Numbered from the stretch's first letter, positions 19,057-28,313 are shown. The stretch: DNA of 64,000 bases from Parachlamydiales bacterium (GCA_963705295.1 OY970065.1:1824001-1888000), one strand, 5' to 3'. Notes: generated by a model from the letters alone, not told the origin. Translations and numbers: made by a program.

Positions 19057-21020
19057 AGTCTCTACGTCAACGTTTTCCTATTTTACAAGACGGAATTTTC
19101 CTGAATCACGCTGCTACAGCCCCAGTATCCTATGCGACGATCGATCGAATGAAAGCTCTTTGCGATGAAATGCAAAAGCCTCTAGGAGAACATTTCTACC
19201 GCTGGCTCGGGATCTTGGAAGAAACCCGTCGTTTGGTAGCCGAACTTCTCCATGCACATCCGAGTGAAATCGCTTTCACACAAAACACATCATCTTCGCT
19301 CAGTATCATCGCTGGATGTATCGACTTTAAACCAGGAGATCGGGTTCTTGTTCCCCGAGATGAATTCCCTTCTAATCGATATGTTTGGCAAAATCTTAAA
19401 TACCGGGGTGTTGAGTGCTCCTTTTTCGATATTCCGAATGATCAACCCTTACTTGAAGTCTTAGAAAAACAAAATCTTTCCAAGGTTCGTTTAATCGCCC
19501 TAAGCCTGGTCGGTTATCAGACTGGAAAAAAACATGATCTAAAATCGTTTGGGCGATTTTGCCTAGAAAATAACATTTTTAGCTGTGTTGATGCTATTCA
19601 AGCTGTTGGCACAATTCCTATAGATCTTAGAGATTCTCAAATCGATTTTCTAGCCGGAGGCGCTCAGAAATGGCTTCTTGGACCTATTGGATGCGGATAT
19701 TTTTATATTCGTAAAGATCTAATTGAAAAAGTGAATGTCCCTCTCGTAGGTTGGACTAGCACAAGCTACCCTGAAAACTTTGATCTCATGGAGCTCGATT
19801 TCGCTCCTGAAGCACTCCGATTTGAGCCCGGACTTACCAATATCGCTTCCATTGGCGGTTTCAATCAATCGCTGCGAGAATTGGGAAATATTGGTTGGGA
19901 TTATATTTATGAGAAAATCGCAACCAATACACGTTATCTTATAGAAAATCTACGTCAGGTTGAGGGTCTTGAGCTGGCTACCCATGATCCACAAAATCTT
20001 GGTGCCCTCGTCAGCTTTAGAATACCTAAGACCATCAATCCTAAAAAACTCCTTCCTGAACTTGCGAAAAAAGGGATTGTGATTACCGCAAGAGGAAATT
20101 CCCTACGTGTATCGCCCCATTTTTACAATACTACCACTGAACTAGATACATTCATGCAAACCATCGCCAAGCAATTCGATAATCGTCGTATTTTTTTCCC
20201 TGATATACATATTAAAAAACTGCCTCAGAAACAATCGATTTTGCTGCTGGGAGCAACTGGCATATTAGGACAAGAGATCGCTCTCTATCTAGCGGAAAAA
20301 GGGTTCAATGTCACAGGAATTGGTAGAAATATAGCCACCTTAAATGAGCTTCAACAAAAGATTGAAGGTCAATTTCAAACTGGTTTTGAACCGATTGTTT
20401 TAGATCTCATGGATCAAGAGGCTATTACAAAATTTTTCGATACACAACTGTCGCAGCAAAAAAAATATGTTGGACTCATCAACTGCGCTGGAATTGTTGA
20501 AGCAGAACGAGCAGCCGCTTTGAACCCTGTAAAACTCTCCGAAATGTTTCAGGTCAACATGTTAGCCCCCTCTCAATTCATGCAGAATTTTATTTCGAAT
20601 CTCTGTTCAGAAGATGCCATCGGCATCTTAAATATTGTTTCTCCTTCTGGACGTTGTGGTTATCCATTGCTTGGAGGTTATGCTGCGACCCATGCTGCAT
20701 TATGGACCTTTAGCGAGAGTTTAAATCGAGAATTGTTCAAAGAAAAGTTACACGTCACGACTTATGTGGCCGCTCCTATCCATTCTCGCATGCAAAAAAG
20801 GATTGGCCGAACTTTGCTCCGTTACTTTCAAATGAAAGGAAAGTTTAATTACGACCATGCTGAGGAAGTCGCACGTCTTGCGGTGGATGCCTTCTTTGCA
20901 CGAAAAGAGGTTGTTATGAGCCTCAAAAACCGTATTCGTCTGATTTTGAATGCCCTAGCTCCCCGTTTCCTGACCCGCAAAATTTCCAAATTTTGGCTTT
21001 TAGAAAATGCCAAATATTAA
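19053..21020 (+). CDS. Fusion of a PLP-dependent class-V aminotransferase-like domain and a C-terminal SDR domain
   Basis: FLNHAA.AP, EFPSN, VDAIQAVG, PLP lysine GAQKWLLGP, RFEPG, LRVSPHFYN; then LLGATGILG, LINCAG, VN, NIVS, GYAATH. ATG at 19053 overlaps the upstream stop (ATGA). Confidence 0.85.
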   Translation: MKSLRQRFPILQDGIFLNHAATAPVSYATIDRMKALCDEMQKPLGEHFYRWLGILEETRRLVAELLHAHPSEIAFTQNTSSSLSIIAGCIDFKPGDRVLVPRDEFPSNRYVWQNLKYRGVECSFFDIPNDQPLLEVLEKQNLSKVRLIALSLVGYQTGKKHDLKSFGRFCLENNIFSCVDAIQAVGTIPIDLRDSQIDFLAGGAQKWLLGPIGCGYFYIRKDLIEKVNVPLVGWTSTSYPENFDLMELDFAPEALRFEPGLTNIASIGGFNQSLRELGNIGWDYIYEKIATNTRYLIENLRQVEGLELATHDPQNLGALVSFRIPKTINPKKLLPELAKKGIVITARGNSLRVSPHFYNTTTELDTFMQTIAKQFDNRRIFFPDIHIKKLPQKQSILLLGATGILGQEIALYLAEKGFNVTGIGRNIATLNELQQKIEGQFQTGFEPIVLDLMDQEAITKFFDTQLSQQKKYVGLINCAGIVEAERAAALNPVKLSEMFQVNMLAPSQFMQNFISNLCSEDAIGILNIVSPSGRCGYPLLGGYAATHAALWTFSESLNRELFKEKLHVTTYVAAPIHSRMQKRIGRTLLRYFQMKGKFNYDHAEEVARLAVDAFFARKEVVMSLKNRIRLILNALAPRFLTRKISKFWLLENAKY

Positions 21021-23514
21021 TAAATCGATCGCGGATTACATTGAATGTCTCGCATCGGAATTTGATTCTCAAATTGCTATAACGTACTATCACCGATTCC
21101 GCTCGACAACTTACACGTATCGTCAAATCTATGAATTGGCTCTTAAATGTTCGGTTTTCTTTTATGAAAAAGGAATTATTAAAGGGGATCGCATATTGAT
21201 TTATGGAGACAACTGTCCCGAGTGGGTTGTTGTTTTACTAAGCTGCGCCTTGACGGGTATTATTTTAGTTCCTATAGACAGTAAGTCTCCACCTGAGTTT
21301 GTAGAGAAAATAAGGAAAGAAACCGATGCTAAATGGGTCATTTCTGATGCTTCTATTCCCTCGCAAAATACCGTTTTGGATCATCTTTTTTCGATTATCG
21401 AAGCGCATGACTCTAGTCTGTTTTTCAAAAAAAGAGCCCGCTTAAGTCGTGATGATATTTTCGAGATTCTTTACACATCGGGAACTACGGCAGCTCCTAA
21501 AGGCGCCGTCATTCGACATCGGAATTTTATTGCGAGCATTTGGGGACTGCGGGAGCACCATTTAGTTTGTAATAAAAACTGCCGATTTTTATCGATGCTT
21601 CCCTTAAGCCATGTTTTAGAACAGAATGGAGGTTGCCTCTCTGTACTTCGATTTGGAGGCCAGATTGTATATGCGAAACAAGTCCGATTTGCTCGCATCG
21701 TTGAAATCCTAATCCAAGAAAAAATTACCCATATTGTCAGCGTACCGGCTATTTTGAAGAGATTTCAAAACAAAATTGTAGAAGAAAGCGAAACTGGGGG
21801 CACGTCGCATCAATTAAAAAAGCTGCTCCATTTCTCTCAAAATCTTCCTACATTTCTGAGACGACTTTTGTCTCGACCTTTGAGGCAAAAAATTGGACCC
21901 CATCTTCAAGCTTTCCTATGTGGGGGCGCACCATTGAATTTAAGTACTGAGACTTTTTGGGAGAATTTAGGAATTAAGGTCATTCAAGGTTACGGTCTCA
22001 CGGAAAGTTGTGCCATGAGCTGCATAAATACCTTTAATCATCGTCAAAAAGGATCTGTAGGAAAACCCATTCCCAATCAAACTCTCACCCTAGGTAAGGA
22101 CAACGAAATCCTTCTTCGCGGAGATAACATCATTTCCGAATATTACAATGCTCCTGAACTCAATCGAGAATATTTTCGAGATGGATGGTACCATACGGGT
22201 GATGTAGGTCGATGGGATGATGAAGGGAATTTATATATCGTTGGCCGTTTAAAAGAGATGATTCTCACCTCCAATGGACTCAATGTTTTCCCTACAGACA
22301 TTGAAGAAATCTTAAATAATATGGAGGGGATAAAGGAAAGTGCTGTCTTCGAGGATCCTCTGCATGAAGGTAAACTTCTAGCAGGCATTATTCTGGAGAA
22401 TCAAGAAATTGACACGCATATCACCCTTGAAAAAACAAATCGACAACTTGCAACGCATCAACACTTAAGTCAGCTAATTCCTTGGTTTCACCCTTATTTA
22501 CCTAAAACTGTTTCTTTAAAGATTAAGCGGAATGAACTTCCAAAAATCTATGAGCAATATTCCACAAAAAAAGTGAGCGTCTCACAACCACAACAAGATC
22601 CTCTTCTTCATATCATTGCTGAGATCTGTCGGGTTCCCGCCTCAGGCTTAGCCCCTGAAACGACTTTAGTTAAAAACTTAAATTTTGATTCACTCAATCT
22701 TGTCGATCTTGTAATTCGACTTGAGTCACAGTTCCGCGTTGATATTGACGAAGCCCAGTTAAACCGAGATTGTAGTATCCAGCAACTCCGCAAACTCATT
22801 ATAGCAGCGCAAAAAATAAAGAAACCACCTCGTCTTTCCCCTTTCTATTGGTCTAGATCTGCAAAAATCATCAGACGGATTTTGCGTATGACCATGGAAG
22901 GAATTATTCGAAGATGGATCAAGATTGAAGTGGTCGGAGTGATTCCTGAAATTCCTAAAAATCGACCGACAATTTTCATTGCTAATCATACAAGTCACTT
23001 AGATACTTTTTCCATTCTGGGAACGGTTCCTTCCTATTTCAAATACCGTATCGCTATCGCAGCAGCCTATGACTATTTTTTTGGAGAGAAAAAAAAGAGA
23101 AGTTTTTTCATGAATCCACTTTTAATCCCTATGTTCCCTTTCCACAGAGATGACTATTTTAGTGAAAATCTGAAAAATATGGGCGAACTTCTCAAGAGTG
23201 GACAACACCTACTCATTTTCCCTGAAGGGACTAGGAGCCGAAATGGAACTATGGCATCTTTTAAGCCTGGTATAGGAATGATTGTAAAAGAAATGAACGC
23301 TCAGGTTGTCCCTATTCACATCGATGGAGCTTATCAGCTATGGCCTTCCTCTGCATCCTATCCGAAAAAAGGAAAGATTCAAGTACGGTATGGCAAACCG
23401 ATAAGCTTCGATTCCACCTTTTCTCCTGAAACGATTACATCCACCTTAGAAACCCATGTCCGCGAACTCGCGTCAAAAAAAACCGGATTCGCGGAGCGAG
23501 ACGAACGAGTTTGA
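21007..23514 (+). CDS. Tri-domain acyl-AMP/acyl-CoA ligase - acyl carrier protein - lysophospholipid acyltransferase
   Basis: ILYTSGTT..PKG, QGYGLTE, GWYHTGD.G, GR.KEMI, PKT.SLKIKR; ACP FDSL with the Ser intact; acyltransferase ANHTSHLD and FPEGTRS. Confidence 0.9.
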   Translation: MPNINKSIADYIECLASEFDSQIAITYYHRFRSTTYTYRQIYELALKCSVFFYEKGIIKGDRILIYGDNCPEWVVVLLSCALTGIILVPIDSKSPPEFVEKIRKETDAKWVISDASIPSQNTVLDHLFSIIEAHDSSLFFKKRARLSRDDIFEILYTSGTTAAPKGAVIRHRNFIASIWGLREHHLVCNKNCRFLSMLPLSHVLEQNGGCLSVLRFGGQIVYAKQVRFARIVEILIQEKITHIVSVPAILKRFQNKIVEESETGGTSHQLKKLLHFSQNLPTFLRRLLSRPLRQKIGPHLQAFLCGGAPLNLSTETFWENLGIKVIQGYGLTESCAMSCINTFNHRQKGSVGKPIPNQTLTLGKDNEILLRGDNIISEYYNAPELNREYFRDGWYHTGDVGRWDDEGNLYIVGRLKEMILTSNGLNVFPTDIEEILNNMEGIKESAVFEDPLHEGKLLAGIILENQEIDTHITLEKTNRQLATHQHLSQLIPWFHPYLPKTVSLKIKRNELPKIYEQYSTKKVSVSQPQQDPLLHIIAEICRVPASGLAPETTLVKNLNFDSLNLVDLVIRLESQFRVDIDEAQLNRDCSIQQLRKLIIAAQKIKKPPRLSPFYWSRSAKIIRRILRMTMEGIIRRWIKIEVVGVIPEIPKNRPTIFIANHTSHLDTFSILGTVPSYFKYRIAIAAAYDYFFGEKKKRSFFMNPLLIPMFPFHRDDYFSENLKNMGELLKSGQHLLIFPEGTRSRNGTMASFKPGIGMIVKEMNAQVVPIHIDGAYQLWPSSASYPKKGKIQVRYGKPISFDSTFSPETITSTLETHVRELASKKTGFAERDERV

Positions 23515-23535
23515 ACCGATGATGAGATGGTCATC
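23472..23535. repeat. Right copy of the direct repeat (actual 3' end of radC)
   Basis: Matches 17375-17421 apart from a net 17-bp segment missing from the left copy. Confidence 0.9.
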
Positions 23536-24138
23536 GAAGCCGATTCCCATGACTTTACTGGATCTTAGGAGATGTTGTGTGAGTTCAAGGTCGGCCCCTG
23601 ATGGAGTGGGATCGCCACTCGGATGATTGTGAGCGAGGATGAGGCTGCTGGCTTTATGGCGTACAGCTGGAAAAAATATTTCACGTGGATGGACTAAGAC
23701 CTCGGAAAGGGTACCGATGGAGACTTTTTCGCAGCCGATGAGCCGTTGTTTGACATCTTTCAAGATCACCATCAAGATTTCGTGTTTTTGATGGGCTAGA
23801 TCGTTTTTTACCAGTTCATAGGCTTCTTTTGCTCGGATGGGCAAAGAGGGTGAGAATGTTTTTTGGGTTAGCTTGAGGGCGATGCCAAAGGCGGCTTTGA
23901 GTTGAATCGCTTTCGCTCTTCCAATTCCCTTGATTTCCATGAGCTCTTCAATCGATGCTCCTAAAAGTTTTTCTCCAAACTTTGCAACGATTTCTTGAGA
24001 CAGTTCGAGGACCGATTTTTCTTTGGTTCCGGTCGTCAGCAAAATAGCGACGAGTTCCGTGAGTGAAAGAGCGTCGATTCCCAGTGACATGAGACGCTCG
24101 CGGGGCCTTTCTTGCGGAGGTAGTTTAAGCAAGCTCAT
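23473..24138 (-). CDS. radC: RadC (UPF0758/JAB domain) protein
   Basis: ERPRERL...G..ALS..EL.AILL.TG, IKGIG.AKA, VHPREIF, AHNHPSGDPTPS.AD, DHLII. Confidence 0.95.
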   Translation of the reverse strand: MSLLKLPPQERPRERLMSLGIDALSLTELVAILLTTGTKEKSVLELSQEIVAKFGEKLLGASIEELMEIKGIGRAKAIQLKAAFGIALKLTQKTFSPSLPIRAKEAYELVKNDLAHQKHEILMVILKDVKQRLIGCEKVSIGTLSEVLVHPREIFFPAVRHKASSLILAHNHPSGDPTPSGADLELTQHLLRSSKVMGIGFDDHLIIGSNSFVSLRESGFF

Positions 24139-25402
24139 AGATAAATGGTTTGACTTTGGATTCTAGCCGTCCGGGGATTTCGACGTGAAGCAAAATATCG
24201 TTCTCGTCGTAATCACTCGTGATCACTCTTCCTTCGCGCATGATTTCGCTCACCAAGGCATAATGACTTTGTGGAATGCGCAGGCGTACGGTTTTGCGGA
24301 GGGCTTGGATTTCATGGATCATCCGCTCCAACAACTGATCAAAACCTTCTCCTGTCACAGCCGAAATCTGAACGGTTTTCGGATACTTGACGCGGAATTG
24401 ATAAAGAATTCCTGGATTTGTACACGCATCGACTTTGTTTAAAACGGTGATCGTGGGCCGATCGGCTGCTTGGAGCTCTTTAAGAACATGGAGCGTCGCT
24501 TCCGCTTGCAACAGAGCCATCGGATTGCTCACGTCGATGATATGGAGCAAAATGTCGGTATGCACCGCTTCTTCCAGTGTGCTTTTGAAAGCGGCAACAA
24601 GGGTATGCGGTATTTTTCGAATAAATCCAACCGTATCGATGAGCAACACTTCTTGCCGGTTAGGTAAAATAAATTTTCTCGTTGTCGTATCGAGTGTTGC
24701 AAAAAGTTTATCTTCGACTAAAACGTTCGATTTTGTCAGAGCATTGAGAAGGGTCGATTTTCCGGCATTCGTATATCCAACAATGGCAAACGTGGGAATT
24801 CCGGTGCGGAGTCTTTGCCTGCGCTGCGTCTCCCGTTGTTTTTTAACCTCTTCGATCTCACTTTGGAGTTGTTGGACGCGGGTCTTAAGAAGTCTTCGGT
24901 CAATTTCAATTTGGAGCTCTCCTGCACCTCGCAGATAGGCGCCTGCTCCTCCGCCACCCGCTGTCTGTCTTGAAAGATGGGTCCACATTCTTTTCAAGCG
25001 GGGCAGTTGATATTTTACCTTGGCAAGTTCGACCTGCAAACGGGCTTCTCGTGTCTGAGCTCTCTGGGCAAACACTTCGATGATCAGTTCAGTCCGATCC
25101 ATCACGGGGCGAGAAAAAAACTTTTCGAGATTTCTTTGCTGATTCGGTGTGATGTCCTCATCGAACAAAATAATATCGACAGCCGATTCTTGAGCCTGTG
25201 CCAAAAGCTCTTCGAGCTTTCCAGAGCCGAGAAACATCCCCGCATCGATTTTTTTCAATAAACAAGGGACTTTATCAACGGCTGTAAGTCCATACGTCTC
25301 ACAAAGCCTTTCCAATTCGCGTAAATAATCTTCACAAGTAGGTTTATCCTTAACAGAAGAATAACTCCCGATAAGAAGGGCTGTTTTTGCATTTTTAAGC
25401 AT
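24125..25402 (-). CDS. hflX: Ribosome-associated GTPase HflX
   Basis: GSGK, QQRNLE, GYTNAGKST, LFATLD, DTVGFI, NKVD, ISA. Confidence 0.97.
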   Translation of the reverse strand: MLKNAKTALLIGSYSSVKDKPTCEDYLRELERLCETYGLTAVDKVPCLLKKIDAGMFLGSGKLEELLAQAQESAVDIILFDEDITPNQQRNLEKFFSRPVMDRTELIIEVFAQRAQTREARLQVELAKVKYQLPRLKRMWTHLSRQTAGGGGAGAYLRGAGELQIEIDRRLLKTRVQQLQSEIEEVKKQRETQRRQRLRTGIPTFAIVGYTNAGKSTLLNALTKSNVLVEDKLFATLDTTTRKFILPNRQEVLLIDTVGFIRKIPHTLVAAFKSTLEEAVHTDILLHIIDVSNPMALLQAEATLHVLKELQAADRPTITVLNKVDACTNPGILYQFRVKYPKTVQISAVTGEGFDQLLERMIHEIQALRKTVRLRIPQSHYALVSEIMREGRVITSDYDENDILLHVEIPGRLESKVKPFIYELA

Positions 25403-26135
25403 TGATGGATATCTCCAAACCGTCGTAGGCTAGTCGAATACGGGGTGGCAGTTTTGCTTTCGAATGATCGAGTTCGTGCGAAATATGGGTCAGCCATGTT
25501 TTTTTAGCGCCCACTTTTCCTGCAAACTCCGCAACTTCTTCCAACCCGAGGTGCGCCGGCGATGGTGTATATCTTAGTCCGCTCAAGACCAATACTTCAA
25601 CCCCTTTCAATTCCTCGAATACCCACTTGGAATAATTTTTCAGATCAACCACATAGGCGAAATTTCCTATCCGAAAACCTGTGATTTTCATCCCATTTTG
25701 CTCATAGCTCATCACACGCCACCGCTGTCCCTCAAACACCACCTCGCCAAAATCTTTCTCTAAAATTTGGAAGTCAAATTTTCCTAAGAGATACTCAGAC
25801 CGCTTTTTAAGATCCTCATACGACTGCTGCGACAGAAGACACGGCAGCCTTTTCTTTTGGCAAAAAACCCTCAGATCATCAATCCCTGCAATATGATCAT
25901 AATGCGTATGCGTGACGACAAGTCCAGCCAAATGATCGATACCAAACCGGAGAGCTTGCGTCCGAAAATCGGGCCCTACATCAAACAGAAACCACTTCCT
26001 TCCCCATTTTAAAACCCCCGACGGCCGCATCCTGTGATTCCGCTCATCCTTCGACCTGCACACCGCGCATTTGCATGCCACGACTGGAGTCCCCAATGAT
26101 CCCCCGGTCCCCAAAAACAGAAACGATTTTTTCAC
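25395..26135 (-). CDS. phnP: MBL-fold phosphodiesterase, PhnP/LipB-like
   Basis: FLGTG.S.G.P...C.C.VC, D.GPDFRTQ, THTHYDH..GIDDLR, THISH, AYDG; GTG start. Confidence 0.85.
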   Translation of the reverse strand: MKKSFLFLGTGGSLGTPVVACKCAVCRSKDERNHRMRPSGVLKWGRKWFLFDVGPDFRTQALRFGIDHLAGLVVTHTHYDHIAGIDDLRVFCQKKRLPCLLSQQSYEDLKKRSEYLLGKFDFQILEKDFGEVVFEGQRWRVMSYEQNGMKITGFRIGNFAYVVDLKNYSKWVFEELKGVEVLVLSGLRYTPSPAHLGLEEVAEFAGKVGAKKTWLTHISHELDHSKAKLPPRIRLAYDGLEISINA

Positions 26136-26202
26136 AACTCCTCTCCGAATTCAAAAAAGTATGTTGTATAAAAGAGATTTATCCGTCTATAGATTGAAAG
26201 AC

Positions 26203-26335
26203 AGAAAAACATGATATGAAGGATATAATGATATGAAGGATGGAAATTTCCAAAATTAGCAAGGAATTCACGAATCAAATGTCCCTTCTTTTTATCCTCC
26301 AAATCCTAAATATCCTTCATATCATGTTCTCTTTC
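26203..26335. repeat. Degenerate member of the 9-bp-periodic palindrome family
   Basis: Perfect 19-bp IR AACATGATATGAAGGATAT (26208-26226) / ATATCCTTCATATCATGTT (26310-26328), with further ATGATATGAAGGAT and ATCCT units. Confidence 0.75.
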
Positions 26336-26360
26336 TCTAGTTATGCAACCCAATATCTTA

Positions 26361-26609
26361 TCATTTCTTAGCTAATCTTTTGAAAGGCGCTGCCTTTTCT
26401 CTAACAAATTCTTCAAGCAAATCATCAAATTCATCATTTTGAATATCTTTAGCCATCTTCTTTTTTTTATGCATATTAAGATTGGGCAGATGTTCGATGA
26501 CAAATTGTCTTAATGTTATACCTTCTTTTGCTGCTAACATTTTTAAATAAGTATGCTGTTTAGCAGGAAAGTCTATGGTTAATCTTACCGTATCGTGTTT
26601 GTGTGTCAT
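26361..26609 (-). CDS. Small ribbon-helix-helix-like protein (antitoxin-like, no adjacent toxin)
   Basis: GGAGGT SD before the ATG at 26609; VRLTIDFP...H..LK.LAA.EG.TL..FV pattern; acidic then basic tail. Confidence 0.6.
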   Translation of the reverse strand: MTHKHDTVRLTIDFPAKQHTYLKMLAAKEGITLRQFVIEHLPNLNMHKKKKMAKDIQNDEFDDLLEEFVREKAAPFKRLAKK

Positions 26610-26660
26610 ACACCTCCATAAAAATATAAGTTTACCGTATCGCCGTAAATAAGTCAACCT

Positions 26661-27542
26661 TCACAAGTTATTTATTTTCAATAACTTAGCGATTTGTGAA
26701 CCTAAATATCCATGATAAAGAAGGCCGCGAGAGCCGAGAGCTGTGATCACCCAAGTATTCGGAAGCAGTTGCTCTATGATCGGAAAATAATGTGCAGGGT
26801 TGGTGACGCGGATGCCGGCGCGGCAATGGATGACTTCACCTTCGGGTTGTAGGAGATTGATTGCGGTTTCTAAGCATGGTTTGTCATCGGTAAAGTCGCG
26901 CTCATAGGTTGCACCCCAATGGCAAAGATCGGGCGTGGCGGTGATAGCTTGGTATTTTTTTGCTGAGATACTTCTTTCCAACGGGGCGTTGAGCTTGCAT
27001 GTTAAAACCTGTCCTTTCACGAAATTGATTTTGAGGCTTTGGCACTGGGGGAATTGACGGATCCCAGCACCTGCAGCTAAAACAACACTATCGAAATCCC
27101 GGAGCTCATTCAAGGTTTTGATTTTTTGGTGAATGAGTTTTGCTCCTCTTTTTTGACAAGCTCGCCAAAGTCCTTCGAGATAAAGTTCGGGGAAAACCGT
27201 CACTCCTGATTTAATTAAAAAAGTAGTGGGCCCAAGCATTTCGACATCGTCGCCGAGAAAGCACTCGCCGATTTTGAGAATGCCCCCCGTATGGCAAACG
27301 GGCTTTCCTATTTCTGTTTCTGAGATTTCTAAGAGGTGCCGGGCGAGTGAAAGGGCTTCATCCGCATGCCAACTTCTCCGTCCTTTCTCGCCCGGATACG
27401 GATTTAAGAGTCCGGAGGAAATTCCTGAAGCGCCGCCACCTACCCCTTTCTCATCAAAAACGGTTACCTGAAAATGCTCCGATAAAAAATAAGCCGCACC
27501 CAGTCCAGCAAATCCAGCGCCAATGATACCGACGCTTCTCAT
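26661..27542 (-). CDS. FAD-dependent oxidoreductase (DAO/MnmC-C-terminal-like; CT375-like)
   Basis: IIGAGFAG, GGGASG.SSGLL, KGQ, GATYE, AGIR, LGSRGLLYH. Confidence 0.9.
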   Translation of the reverse strand: MRSVGIIGAGFAGLGAAYFLSEHFQVTVFDEKGVGGGASGISSGLLNPYPGEKGRRSWHADEALSLARHLLEISETEIGKPVCHTGGILKIGECFLGDDVEMLGPTTFLIKSGVTVFPELYLEGLWRACQKRGAKLIHQKIKTLNELRDFDSVVLAAGAGIRQFPQCQSLKINFVKGQVLTCKLNAPLERSISAKKYQAITATPDLCHWGATYERDFTDDKPCLETAINLLQPEGEVIHCRAGIRVTNPAHYFPIIEQLLPNTWVITALGSRGLLYHGYLGSQIAKLLKINNL

Positions 27543-28297
27543 CACCAAATGATTCCAACATGGCCAGATAGAGGTAGGGGATCCGGAGGACATCTATCGA
27601 TAATTCCTTGAATGAGTGGCAAATACTCATCGGCTATCTTGTTATGGATTGAAAGGATACGAAACAATGTTTGTAATTCAGAAAGTGATTTTGTCTGATA
27701 AAAATAAAGCTTCCCATCGAAACCTTGAGTTTTTAAATACTTCAAAAAAACTTCATCTCTTTCATAATAAATACATAGAGCTACTTGACCATCGTGAAAT
27801 CCTAGCAAGTCGAAACCACTCACGAAGGAACCTGGTGTCGTACTTCGAAACAACATTTCCCTTCGTAAAGGAGTTCCTCTATCAAAAATATGATTCCAAT
27901 CGCCGTTGATATGTTTGAAAACAGCAGGAACTCCCGGATAAGGAGGAGGAATCGCTTCACTCTTAACCTCTGCTAAGGCCTCTGCTAAGACCAGGGGGTG
28001 TTTTGGTAAATCTTCTATTTCTTTCTCATGGCCAAATAAGCGCGCAACTAAATCTCGGATTGTATGATCAGGAGCATAGAATGTAACCTCTCCATTACAA
28101 ATTAAACATTTTCCTTTTAAAGTGCACCGACCGTCAACAATCGGACCGTACATTTTCACAGCAGCCGCACGATTGACTTTGTGACAGCACCGAAACAAAG
28201 TAACGGCTTCAATGAGAGGATCATGTCCGAAAGGACAGGTCAAAGTATTTAAAAATCCTTTAACATCAAAACTAACAGGTTTGGAAGCAGTAGCCAT
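27542..28297 (-). CDS. Hypothetical protein with an N-terminal U-box/RING-like domain
   Basis: LTCPFGHDPLIEAVTLFRCCHKVNR...KCLICNGEV....PDHTIRDLV; the real start is likely 28297 because the longer ORF runs out of frame inside gltA. Confidence 0.65.
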   Translation of the reverse strand: MATASKPVSFDVKGFLNTLTCPFGHDPLIEAVTLFRCCHKVNRAAAVKMYGPIVDGRCTLKGKCLICNGEVTFYAPDHTIRDLVARLFGHEKEIEDLPKHPLVLAEALAEVKSEAIPPPYPGVPAVFKHINGDWNHIFDRGTPLRREMLFRSTTPGSFVSGFDLLGFHDGQVALCIYYERDEVFLKYLKTQGFDGKLYFYQTKSLSELQTLFRILSIHNKIADEYLPLIQGIIDRCPPDPLPLSGHVGIIW

Positions 28298-28313
28298 AGG
28301 GAGAACAAGAATA

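Larger units (their letters stand above)
17375..23535. mobile_element. Genomic islet inserted at the radC 3' end, carrying four lipid-biosynthesis genes and no integrase
   Basis: Flanked by direct repeats of the radC 3' end; looks more AT-rich than the radC/hflX flank by eye. Confidence 0.65.

Noticed and set aside
19053..20200. Cysteine desulfurase (SufS/IscS) call
   Set aside because: The catalytic Cys loop is missing and there are no Fe-S assembly neighbours.
21007..23514. Chlamydial Aas or an NRPS module
   Set aside because: Aas has the acyltransferase N-terminal and no internal ACP; there is no condensation domain for an NRPS.
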